A stretch of 64,000 bases of DNA from an uncultured Actinomycetes bacterium (GTDB lineage Bacteria > Actinomycetota > UBA4738 > CALAEC01). Under the pieces are notes generated by a model, which did no database searches, was not told where the DNA came from, and saw nothing but the letters and a program-made list of their open reading frames with translations. The stretch spans positions 31,785-95,784 of the forward strand of contig CAZKFH010000002.1 of the NCBI GenBank assembly GCA_964551945.1, read 5' to 3'. Of the stretch, positions 8,363 through 16,672 are shown piece after piece. Numbering within the stretch: position 1 is the first letter of the stretch; every line of letters begins with the position of its first letter. Both the position numbers and the translations under genes were made by a program.

Positions 8363-10020
8363 GCCCCGGCGAGACTCCCGAGGATCGCGGGCCGCAAGCC
8401 GCGGACCCAGACTCGGCGACCGCGCTCGTGCGCGCCACCGCGGGGATGGCGGTCGGGACCGCGCTCTCCCGGCTGACGGGCTTCCTGCGCGTCGCCGCGA
8501 TGGCGTTCGCGCTCGGTGTCGCGGAGAGCCGCCTGAACGACGCCTACAGCGTCGCGAACAACATCCCGAACATCGTCTACGAGCTGATCCTCGGCGGCGT
8601 GCTCACCTCGGTGTTCGTGCCGGTCTTCGTCCGACAGCTCACGAAACGCTCGCAGGAGCAGGCGTGGCGGTCGGCACAAGCCGTGATCACCGTGACGTTC
8701 CTGGTGCTCACAATGGTGACGGTCATCGGGATCCTCGCGGCGCCATGGATCGTGCGCCTGTACACGGCGCGCATCCCCGGCGTGGAGGAGCGAGCTGCCG
8801 TCCAGGAGCTGGCTGCGCTTTTCCTGCGCTTCTTCATGCCCCAGATCCTGCTGTACGGGATCGGCGCGGTCGCATCCGGACTCCTCAACGCTCGGAGACG
8901 GTTCGCGGCTCCGATGTTCGCCCCCATCCTCAACAACGTGATCGTCATCGCGACGTTCCTCGTGTTCGCCTTCATGCCCGGACCCGCCCAGCCCACCCCC
9001 GACACGATCACGTTCGCACAGAAGCTCGTGCTGGCGATCGGCACGACGGCCGGCGTCGTCGCGATGACGCTCGCTCTCTGGCCGTCGCTGCGCCGCGCGG
9101 GGTTCAGGTGGCGCTGGCGGCCCGAGTTCACGAACGAGGCAGTCCGGTCGCTCGTGAAGCTCTCCGGGTGGGCCGTGATGTACGTCGCGTTCAATCAGCT
9201 CGGGCTCCTCGTGGTGATCGTGCTCGCGGGGGAGGTGACCGGCGGATACGCGTCCTACCTGGCGGCGTTCATCCTCTTCCAGCTCCCGCACGCCATCTTC
9301 TCGGTCTCGATCATGACCGCGCTGCTCCCATCGCTGTCCGGAAGCTGGGAGCGAGGTGAGCTCGAGGAGTTCCGGTCGAGCCTCGCGAGAGGGATCCGCA
9401 TCTCCGCGCTCATGGTGCTGCCGGCTGCGGCCGGGTACCTGGCGCTCTCCCGGCCGATCGTACGGCTGTTGCTCGAGCACGGCGTCGCCGGCGCCGAGTC
9501 CTCCGCACTCGTCTCGAAGGTGTTGGCCCTGTTCTCACTCGGCCTCTTCTCGTTCTCGGCATTCATGCTGTTCCTGCGCGCGTTCTATGCGATGTCGGAC
9601 ACGCGAACGCCCGCACTCATCAACGTCTTCGCGGTCGGGCTCAACACGGCGGTCAATCTCCTCCTGTTCCCGGTGCTCGGCGTTCCGGGACTCGCCCTGG
9701 GACACGCGATCGCGTACACGTTCGCCGCGATCACCTCCGCCGTGATCCTCCGCCGACGGCTCGGCGGGCTCGAGGGCGCCGTCCTCGCTCGCGGCATGGG
9801 CAAGATCCTGGTCGCCGCGGCGGCAACGGGCGGCTCGGCGTGGGTCGTCGCCTACCTCAGCGGAAGGGTCCTCGACCCGTCCTCGATCGTGGGACAGGCG
9901 ACCCAAGTCGGGCTCGGGGTGGTGGTTGGACTGCTAACCTTCGTGGTGGCGGCCCTGGTGCTCCGGATAGAGGAGTTCGGCCTGGTGAAGCGCATGATGC
10001 GAGCCCGGTTCAGAACGTGA
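8323..10020 (+). CDS. murJ: Lipid II flippase MurJ (MviN)
   Basis: It is a polytopic MOP-superfamily protein with roughly 14 transmembrane segments. Conserved N-terminal motifs MAVGTALSRLTGFLR are present. It follows the Rv3909-like gene as in mycobacteria. The true start may be downstream of 8323 because of a 40-nt overlap with the upstream gene. Confidence 0.8.
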   Translation: MVGKEVPASAEGLSPGETPEDRGPQAADPDSATALVRATAGMAVGTALSRLTGFLRVAAMAFALGVAESRLNDAYSVANNIPNIVYELILGGVLTSVFVPVFVRQLTKRSQEQAWRSAQAVITVTFLVLTMVTVIGILAAPWIVRLYTARIPGVEERAAVQELAALFLRFFMPQILLYGIGAVASGLLNARRRFAAPMFAPILNNVIVIATFLVFAFMPGPAQPTPDTITFAQKLVLAIGTTAGVVAMTLALWPSLRRAGFRWRWRPEFTNEAVRSLVKLSGWAVMYVAFNQLGLLVVIVLAGEVTGGYASYLAAFILFQLPHAIFSVSIMTALLPSLSGSWERGELEEFRSSLARGIRISALMVLPAAAGYLALSRPIVRLLLEHGVAGAESSALVSKVLALFSLGLFSFSAFMLFLRAFYAMSDTRTPALINVFAVGLNTAVNLLLFPVLGVPGLALGHAIAYTFAAITSAVILRRRLGGLEGAVLARGMGKILVAAAATGGSAWVVAYLSGRVLDPSSIVGQATQVGLGVVVGLLTFVVAALVLRIEEFGLVKRMMRARFRT

Positions 10021-10433
10021 GTAGCGCCCCCCGCCTCCACGACGAGCGAGGCCTGATTGGCTTCTCGCTCATTCGGTGGGTCCTCGTCATCGTGCTCCTC
10101 GGCGTGATCATGATCGAGGGCGGCAGCATCATCTTCACGACCATCGGACTTCAGAACGCGGCGGACGCGGCGGCGACCGAGGCCGCCACCACCTGGAGGG
10201 AGACGCGCGACCTGGAGGCGGCGAGGACCACGGCACTCCGGGCCCTCGCGGTGCGGGAACAGGATGCGGCGAGGATCGTGGACATCGACGCCGACAACAC
10301 CGAGCCGCTCGAGGTGCGGATCACGGTCAGCAAGATGGCCGCGACCCTGATCATCCATCGCATCGGGTTCCTGGAGGACTTCGCCAAGGTCGACGTGAAG
10401 GCTGAGGGTCGCGAGATCGAATCCGGCATCTGA
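10017..10433 (+). CDS. TadE-like (Flp pilus-assembly/pilin-like) membrane protein
   Basis: A GTG at 10017 overlaps the murJ stop (GTGA). The N-terminus ERGLIGFSLIRWVLVIVLLGVIMIEGG matches the TadE_N pattern (ERG-hydrophobic-E.G). Confidence 0.4.
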   Translation: MSSAPRLHDERGLIGFSLIRWVLVIVLLGVIMIEGGSIIFTTIGLQNAADAAATEAATTWRETRDLEAARTTALRALAVREQDAARIVDIDADNTEPLEVRITVSKMAATLIIHRIGFLEDFAKVDVKAEGREIESGI

Positions 10434-10474
10434 CCCGTCACGGCCACAACCATCACGCTCCGTACACTGGTCAC

Positions 10475-11935
10475 GTGAACGCGGAGCACATCCCTCTGGA
10501 AGGGCGTCGGCTCACGGACCGATACGTCCTCCAGGAGGAACTGGCATCAGGGGGGATGGGGGGCCTGTGGCTCGCGCGCGACGAGGTGCTCGGCCGCCTA
10601 GTAGCAGTCAAGGTCCTCCACGAGCATCTCGCCGAAGATGACCAGCTCCTCGAGCGGTTCAGGCTGGAAGCGGTTGCCGCTGCCCGCCTCTCTCATCCCG
10701 CCGTCGTCCGCGTGTTCGACACCGGCATCGACGAGGGCACGTGCTTCATCGTCATGGAGCTCGTGGAGGGCACGTCGGTCGCGGACATGCTCGCCGACCA
10801 GGGTCCCCTGCGACCCGCGGAGGCGGCGCGTGTCGTCCGTGGGGTGCTTCAGGCCCTCTCACATGCTCACCGCGAGGGGGTGATCCACCGGGACGTCAAA
10901 CCCGGCAACATCCTGGTCGGCCGGGACGGCATCGTGAAGCTCGCGGACTTCGGCATAGCGAAGACAGCCTTCGCGGGTGGCGACCTCACGACGACGGGCA
11001 ACCTCCTCGGAACGTCTCGCTACCTCTCCCCCGAGCAAGTCACCGGCGGCGAGATCGACGCGCGATCGGACATCTACGCGGCCGGCGTCGTGCTGTACGA
11101 GCTTCTCACCGGCCGTCCCCCGTTCGAGGCCGAGACACACATCGCCACCGCGACCATGCGTCTCACCGTGGACCCCGCACCTCCGCGGTCCCTCCGGCCG
11201 GGCATCCCGCGCGCGCTGGAGGCGGTTGTGATGAAGGCGCTGGCGCGCGAGGCCGACGACCGGTTCCAGACCGCGGACGAGATGAGCGCCGCACTCGAGC
11301 GAGCCGCTCCCGCCGGGGAGTCGCGACCACCTGTTGTCCGAGAGGAGCACGTTCCGCCCCGGCGCTCCTACAGGTCCTGGATCGTGGTCCCGGCGGTGCT
11401 GCTCCTGCTGGCCGGCATCGCCGTCGGCGCGTTCTTGCTCCTCGAAGGGTTCGGGACCGACCCCGGCGAGGAACCGGGAACCGGTGAACCCACCTCACGG
11501 ATCCGCCTGGAGCAGGCCCTGGCGTACGACCCGATCAGGGGGGACGGGGAGCACGATGAGTCCGCGGGCGCCGCGATCGACGACGACGACATCTCGTACT
11601 GGGAAACAGAGCGGTACAACGAGGACTTCGGGATCGTGAAGGACGGCGTCGGCCTGGTGATCGAGCTCCGCGAGGAGGCGGAGGTGGGTCGCGTTCGCAT
11701 CCTGACGGACACCCCCGGCTGGGATTTCAACATCTTCCTCGCGGACGACCCCGGGGACTTCGACTACACGGGAACGCCGATGCTCGAGGTCGAAGAGGCC
11801 GACGGAGCGGGCACCTACGACATCGATCCTCCGGTCGAGACGAGCTACGTGCTCATCTGGATCACGGGCCTCGTCGAGAGCGACGGGTACCGGGCGTTCA
11901 TCAACGACGTCGACATCCTGCCTCCCGTTGACTGA
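10475..11935 (+). CDS. Ser/Thr protein kinase with one TM helix and an extracellular C-terminal beta-rich (carbohydrate-binding-like) domain
   Basis: Catalytic motifs are intact: VAVK, HRDVKPGN, DFG, SPE. The transmembrane segment is WIVVPAVLLLLAGIAVGAFLLL. The C-terminal domain includes NEDFGIVKDGVGLVIEL...GWDFNIFLADDPGD. Confidence 0.85.
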   Translation: MNAEHIPLEGRRLTDRYVLQEELASGGMGGLWLARDEVLGRLVAVKVLHEHLAEDDQLLERFRLEAVAAARLSHPAVVRVFDTGIDEGTCFIVMELVEGTSVADMLADQGPLRPAEAARVVRGVLQALSHAHREGVIHRDVKPGNILVGRDGIVKLADFGIAKTAFAGGDLTTTGNLLGTSRYLSPEQVTGGEIDARSDIYAAGVVLYELLTGRPPFEAETHIATATMRLTVDPAPPRSLRPGIPRALEAVVMKALAREADDRFQTADEMSAALERAAPAGESRPPVVREEHVPPRRSYRSWIVVPAVLLLLAGIAVGAFLLLEGFGTDPGEEPGTGEPTSRIRLEQALAYDPIRGDGEHDESAGAAIDDDDISYWETERYNEDFGIVKDGVGLVIELREEAEVGRVRILTDTPGWDFNIFLADDPGDFDYTGTPMLEVEEADGAGTYDIDPPVETSYVLIWITGLVESDGYRAFINDVDILPPVD

Positions 11936-12500
11936 CGAGACCGACGCCGAGCTCGTGCGCCGCCATCTCAGCGGCGACCGATCCGCGTTCGGCGTCCTGG
12001 TCGAGCGTCACCAGCGCCGCGTCTACAACCTGGCCTACCGGATGCTCGGACGTCCCGAGGACGCGGCCGACGCGACGCAGGACGCATTCGTGACCGCGAT
12101 GCGCAAGCTCGGCGGATTTCGAGGAACCTCGGCCTTCACGACGTGGCTACATCGCGTCGCTGTGAACATCTGCTACGACGCCCTGCGCAAGCGCGCGCGG
12201 GAGATCCCCGTCGAGGAGCACGAGGAAGCTCCCGTGGCGGGAGCCCCGGACATGGCGGACACGTCGGCGACGGCCATTGACGTCCAGCGAGCTCTCCTCA
12301 GCGTGCCCGAGGAGTTCAGGGCGGCCCTGATCCTGCACGACGTCCAGGGAGTGCCCTACGAGGCGATCGCCGAGGCGCTGGGCGCGCCGCTCGGTACCAT
12401 CAAGTCTCGCTTGCATCGCGGCCGGCTCGCGCTGGCGCGAGCGCTCCGCGGGGAACAACCAGTGGGGTCCCGCGCGTCCAACCGTCGAGGTACACCGTGA
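11928..12500 (+). CDS. ECF (sigma-70 family) RNA polymerase sigma factor, SigM/SigR-like
   Basis: Region 2 (YRMLGRPEDAADATQDAFV) and region 4 (LILHDVQGVPYEAIAEALGAPLGTIKSRLHRGR) are present. It overlaps the downstream anti-sigma gene. Confidence 0.85.
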   Translation: MTDETDAELVRRHLSGDRSAFGVLVERHQRRVYNLAYRMLGRPEDAADATQDAFVTAMRKLGGFRGTSAFTTWLHRVAVNICYDALRKRAREIPVEEHEEAPVAGAPDMADTSATAIDVQRALLSVPEEFRAALILHDVQGVPYEAIAEALGAPLGTIKSRLHRGRLALARALRGEQPVGSRASNRRGTP

Positions 12501-13330
12501 ACGAACACCCCGAAGAGCTGCTGGCCGAATACGTCGACGGATCGCTCGACGCGGACGATCGCGCCCTCGTCGAGGCCCATCTCTCGACGTGCGAGCGCTG
12601 CCAGGAGGACGTGGCCCTCGCGACCGAAGCGCGCTCCGCGCTGGCCTCGCTGCCGGACCTGGAGCCCGCGGCGGGGATCCCGCTTGCGGTTCGCCGGCAG
12701 GCTCGGAGGGCTGCTCCGTCGAAGGTCCAGCGGGTCGCCGGCATCGCCGTCGCCGCGTCGGTACTGGCCGCCGGGATCATCTTTGGCCTCAGCAAGATCG
12801 ATCTCGGCGCGGGAGACCAGCCCGGCAGCGCCACACAAGGGGAAGGGCAGTCCGAGGAAAGCGGGGAGCCTACGCTCGAGGCGGGCGACGAGGCGCCCGA
12901 GTCCTCTGGGGGCGCCGCAGGAGTGCAGGATCTTCGGGCGGTGGCGGCCGCACTCCCGACTTATCTCGAGACCCGACGCGAGTACGACGCGGACGGGCTC
13001 GCGCCACTGGCGCGACGCCTCCGTGACGAGGCACTCGAAGCGCTGGACCTCGGCGTTCAGCCGACCGCGTCGGAGTTCTTCGAGAGCTTCGACCCCGCGG
13101 CGTTCACCGTGCCGGTACGTCAGGCGATCCGCTGCGTCCTCGCCGAGGTGCCGCCCGAGCAGCTCATCGTCCCCTTCCGCATCGAGGCAGCAACGTTCGA
13201 GGGCACACCCGCCTACGTGGCCGCGTTCCTCCAGGGCCCCACCCCCGAGGAGCCCTACGACCGCTTGGTGATCTGGGTCGTGGATCGGGAGGGCTGCTCC
13301 CTGCTGTCCCTCGCGAGTCAGGTCCTCTAG
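12497..13330 (+). CDS. ZAS-type anti-sigma factor (zf-HC2: HLSTCERCQ) with a membrane anchor
   Basis: Has the H-x3-C-x2-C motif and the transmembrane helix VAGIAVAASVLAAGIIFGL. It is translationally coupled to the ECF sigma. Confidence 0.7.
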   Translation: MNEHPEELLAEYVDGSLDADDRALVEAHLSTCERCQEDVALATEARSALASLPDLEPAAGIPLAVRRQARRAAPSKVQRVAGIAVAASVLAAGIIFGLSKIDLGAGDQPGSATQGEGQSEESGEPTLEAGDEAPESSGGAAGVQDLRAVAAALPTYLETRREYDADGLAPLARRLRDEALEALDLGVQPTASEFFESFDPAAFTVPVRQAIRCVLAEVPPEQLIVPFRIEAATFEGTPAYVAAFLQGPTPEEPYDRLVIWVVDREGCSLLSLASQVL

Positions 13331-13370
13331 CCCCGGAATAGCGCCTCGTTGGAACGGTTGGAGGGCATGG

Positions 13371-14312
13371 GTGAAAATGAGCACCAACGTGGACGAACGA
13401 AACGTCGTGATCATCGGCTCGGGACCGGCCGGCTACACGGCCGCCCTGTACGCGGCCCGAGCCAACCTGAAGCCGCTCGTCCTCAAGGGCCTCGAGGCCG
13501 GCGGCCAGTTGATGCTGACCACGGAGGTCGAGAACTACCCGGGCTTCCCCGAGGGCATCCTCGGTCCCGAGCTCATGGAGCTGATGGAGAAGCAGGCGGC
13601 TCGCTTCGACGCCGAGATGCTCCATCAGGCGGCGAGCCGCGTCGACTTCTCCGCGGCGCCCTTCGGCGTCTGGTCCGGTGACGAGGAGTTCCGCGCTCGC
13701 ACCGTGATCGTCGCGACCGGCGCCACCGCCCGGATGCTCGGCATCCCCGGCGAGGACCGTTTGCTCGGTCACGGGGTCTCCACGTGTGCGACGTGCGATG
13801 GCTTCTTCTTCCGGGACCAGGAGCTGGTCGTCGTGGGTGGAGGGGACTCGGCGATGGAGGAGGCGATCTTCCTCACCCGTTTCGCGTCGAAGGTGACGGT
13901 CATCCACCGCCGCGGGGAGCTTCGCGCATCCAAGATCATGCAGCAGCGCGCGTTCGACAACCAGAAGATCGACTTCGTCTGGGACACGCTTGTCGAAGAG
14001 GTCGTCGGCAACGGAACCGTCAGCGGCGTGCGTCTGCGGAACGTGAAGAACGACGAGACGAGCGACTTCCCCACGAACGGGCTGTTCGTGGCGATCGGCC
14101 ACACGCCGAACACCGCCGTGTTCGAGGGGCAGCTCGAGATGACGGACGGATACGTGACGGTCCGCGAGCCCACGACCGCGACGAACGTTGACGGTGTCTT
14201 CGCTGCCGGCGATGTCGTCGACTTCAACTACCGACAGGCCATCACGGCTGCCGGAATGGGCTGCAAGGCAGCGATGGACGCGGAACGCTACCTGGAGGCG
14301 CAGGGACTCTGA
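13371..14312 (+). CDS. trxB: Thioredoxin reductase
   Basis: Has the FAD/NAD Rossmann motifs VVIIGSGPAGYTAALYAAR and the redox CATC motif (GVSTCATCDG). Confidence 0.9.
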   Translation: MKMSTNVDERNVVIIGSGPAGYTAALYAARANLKPLVLKGLEAGGQLMLTTEVENYPGFPEGILGPELMELMEKQAARFDAEMLHQAASRVDFSAAPFGVWSGDEEFRARTVIVATGATARMLGIPGEDRLLGHGVSTCATCDGFFFRDQELVVVGGGDSAMEEAIFLTRFASKVTVIHRRGELRASKIMQQRAFDNQKIDFVWDTLVEEVVGNGTVSGVRLRNVKNDETSDFPTNGLFVAIGHTPNTAVFEGQLEMTDGYVTVREPTTATNVDGVFAAGDVVDFNYRQAITAAGMGCKAAMDAERYLEAQGL

Positions 14313-14359
14313 GACTGATCGCAGCCGCCGTCCTGGCGGCGTCGCTCGCCGTCCCGGCG

Positions 14360-14977
14360 GTGGGTCAGCCCGCTCCCCTGGTCCCGCCACCCTCGTACTA
14401 CCGCCCGGTGATCGTCGACGGGTTCACCTTCCCCGTCGCGAGGTCCAACTGGCTCTCCGTGATCGAGATGGAGGAGGACTGGCACGATCCACGGTTCCGC
14501 CTGGTTGGTGACGAGTGGCAGCTCATCGGCGTGCACGAGGGGAACGACATCGTCGCCGAGGAGGGGACGCCGATCCTCTCGATGGGTAGCGGGACCGTGG
14601 AGGCGGTGGGCTGGACCTTCTACTCGGGCACCCGCGTGGGGGTGCGCGGCACGGACGGCAAGTACTATTTCTACGCGCACCTGTCGCGGGTCGCGGACGG
14701 GATCCGGGTGGGCGCGCCCGTGGAGCCGGGGACCGTGCTCGGCGACGTCGGAAACACGGGGTATGGAGACCCCGGGCACGAGGACGAGTTCCCTCCGCAC
14801 CTCCACCTCGGCATCGAGGGGCCGGGCGGCTGGGAGAATCCGTACCCGCTTATGCTGAGGCTGTATCGGTCGTCCGTCCGGGCAACGACGAACGGCGAGA
14901 TGCGGCTCGCGGAGATCGGCCGCTCCGGGGACTCACGAGCGTTCGACCGGCTTGCGGACCGCTTGTACCAGGGGTGA
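14360..14977 (+). CDS. M23 family (LytM/lysostaphin-like) metallopeptidase; the N-terminal signal peptide probably starts upstream near 14309 with a non-ATG start
   Basis: M23 motifs HEGNDI, GNTGYGDPG and HLHLGI are present. In frame upstream of 14360 is LRLIAAAVLAASLAVPAVG with no ATG or GTG. Confidence 0.7.
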   Translation: MGQPAPLVPPPSYYRPVIVDGFTFPVARSNWLSVIEMEEDWHDPRFRLVGDEWQLIGVHEGNDIVAEEGTPILSMGSGTVEAVGWTFYSGTRVGVRGTDGKYYFYAHLSRVADGIRVGAPVEPGTVLGDVGNTGYGDPGHEDEFPPHLHLGIEGPGGWENPYPLMLRLYRSSVRATTNGEMRLAEIGRSGDSRAFDRLADRLYQG

Positions 14978-15062
14978 GGAATAGGCCCCGAGAGGGGAAC
15001 GTTGAAGACAGAGCGCAACGCGCCGAGTGCGACGCGCGCAACACCGAGAAGGAGGACCCGTG

Positions 15063-15392
15063 ATGGGTGCGATCAGTGACGTGACGGATCAGGAGTTCGA
15101 GACCGAGATCTTGAAGTCGGAGAAGCCCGTGCTCGTGGACTTCTGGGCCGACTGGTGCGTGCCGTGCCACATGGTCTCGCCGGTGGTCGAGGAGATCGGC
15201 ATCGACAAGGCCGAGAGCATGAAGGTGGCCAAGCTGAACGTGGATGACAACCCGAACACGGCTCAGCGCTACGGCGTCATGAGCATCCCGACGCTGATCC
15301 TCTTCGTCGGCGGCGAGGAGCGGGCGCGGGTCGTGGGCGCGAAGCCGAAGGAAGCCATCCTGCGCGAGATCGACCAGCACCTCACCGCCTGA
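15063..15392 (+). CDS. trxA: Thioredoxin
   Basis: The active-site variant is WCVPC (WADWCVPCHM). The length fits the thioredoxin fold. The ATG at 15063 is preferred over the track start 15027. Confidence 0.85.
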   Translation: MGAISDVTDQEFETEILKSEKPVLVDFWADWCVPCHMVSPVVEEIGIDKAESMKVAKLNVDDNPNTAQRYGVMSIPTLILFVGGEERARVVGAKPKEAILREIDQHLTA

Positions 15393-15426
15393 ACGCCTCC
15401 TCGCGGCTGGTCCTACACTTCCGCGC

Positions 15427-16527
15427 GTGCAACCAATCAAGCGCGGGCATCGAGGACGACGCGTCGGCGACGTCCAGGCTCGGCTCATCGGGCTCGGCTT
15501 CCGCATCGACCCGTCCGAGGTCGAGGGGCAGACCCTCGGCGAGGCGACCGAGCGAGCCCTGCGCGCGTTCCAGCAGGAGCGGGGACTGCTCGTGGATGGG
15601 GTGGTCGGGCTCAACACCTGGCACGAGCTGATCGAGGCGGGCTACGCACTCGGCGACCGGACCCTGTACCTCCGCCGTCCGTTCACTCGCGGCGATGACG
15701 TCCGCGCGCTGCAGCGCCGGCTGAACCTGCTCGGCTTCGACCCCGGCCGGGAGGACGGCATCCTCGGCGAGCAGACCGGGCGCGCGATCCTCGACTTCCA
15801 GCGAAACGTCGGGCTCCGCGCCGACGGCATCGTGGGCACAACGACGATCGACGCGCTCGATCGTCTGATCGCCGCCCCCGTGACGGAGCGGGGGCGTACG
15901 TCTGTTCGCGAAACCGAAGGCCTCCGCCCGACCGGCGCGTCGCTCGACGGCAGGCGTGTGGCGATCGACCCCGGCCACGGGCCGGACGACCCGGGTTTCG
16001 TGGGGCCCGCAGGATCGAGCGAAGCCGCGCTCGTGTTCGAGCTCGCCGGCTACTTGCGGGACGAGCTGGCCGCTCGGGGCGCGGAACCGATCGTGTTGCG
16101 GGCGCTCGACGAGGACCCCGACTCCTCCACCCGCGCCACCCGAGCGAACGACGCCGACGCGGACGTGCTCATCTCGATCCACCTCAACGGACACGACGAC
16201 CCGTCGGCCGAGGGCTCGTCCTCGTACTACTTCGGGCGCATGGGCGCAGCCTCCGTTGCTGGGCAAGCGCTCGCGGAGCTGATCCAGGATGAGGTCACCG
16301 CCGCGGTCGGTCTGCGCGATGGCCGCGCGCACCCGAAAGCGTTCCCCATCCTGCGAGAAACACGGATGACGGCCGTGCAGATCGAGCCGTGCTTCCTCAC
16401 GAACCCGAAGGAGGAGCTCCTGCTGGGCGAGGAACCGTTCCGGCGTGAGCTCGCGCGCGCCGTTGCTGTCGCCCTCGCGCGGTACTTCGCCGGGCGGGAA
16501 GTCGAGCAGCCTCCGGCCGCGTCCTAG
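15427..16527 (+). CDS. cwlM: N-acetylmuramoyl-L-alanine amidase with two peptidoglycan-binding domains (CwlM-like)
   Basis: Two PG_binding_1 repeats are present (GDDVRALQRRLNLLGFDPG, RNVGLRADGIVG). An Amidase_3 core follows (AIDPGHG...DADADVLISIHLN). Its position after trxA matches mycobacterial cwlM. Confidence 0.8.
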   Translation: MQPIKRGHRGRRVGDVQARLIGLGFRIDPSEVEGQTLGEATERALRAFQQERGLLVDGVVGLNTWHELIEAGYALGDRTLYLRRPFTRGDDVRALQRRLNLLGFDPGREDGILGEQTGRAILDFQRNVGLRADGIVGTTTIDALDRLIAAPVTERGRTSVRETEGLRPTGASLDGRRVAIDPGHGPDDPGFVGPAGSSEAALVFELAGYLRDELAARGAEPIVLRALDEDPDSSTRATRANDADADVLISIHLNGHDDPSAEGSSSYYFGRMGAASVAGQALAELIQDEVTAAVGLRDGRAHPKAFPILRETRMTAVQIEPCFLTNPKEELLLGEEPFRRELARAVAVALARYFAGREVEQPPAAS

Positions 16528-16672
16528 CGTCTGCGGCCGGTACGCCGAGCGAGCCGCACCAACACTCCGCCCAGGACGAGCCCGAGCGAGATCCCCGTCA
16601 ACGCGCGGCGCAGCTCCGACATGCGCACGATCCTACGAGCACCGGGCGCTCCCCTGCTACCCTTTGCACCAG

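Noticed and set aside
8269-9480. 403-aa ORF antisense to murJ, plus many other long Arg/Gly/Pro-rich ORFs overlapping real genes (for example 2692..3624 within pilT, 13164..14390 within trxB, 36437..37564 within the phosphodiesterase gene, 44777..46795 within the acylase gene, 51072..53108 and 52642..54579 within the kinase genes, 54652..55695 within pbpA, 59311..60366 within the M36 gene, 25714..27090 within recF)
   Set aside because: These are high-GC frame artifacts. Each is out of frame or antisense to a gene with clear family motifs. Their products have biased composition and no recognisable domains.
16445-16672. N-terminal 76 codons of the track ORF 16445..17863
   Set aside because: The region is low-complexity (Ser/Pro/Arg-rich) and overlaps the cwlM 3' end. 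The aminotransferase homology starts at the ATG at 16673.
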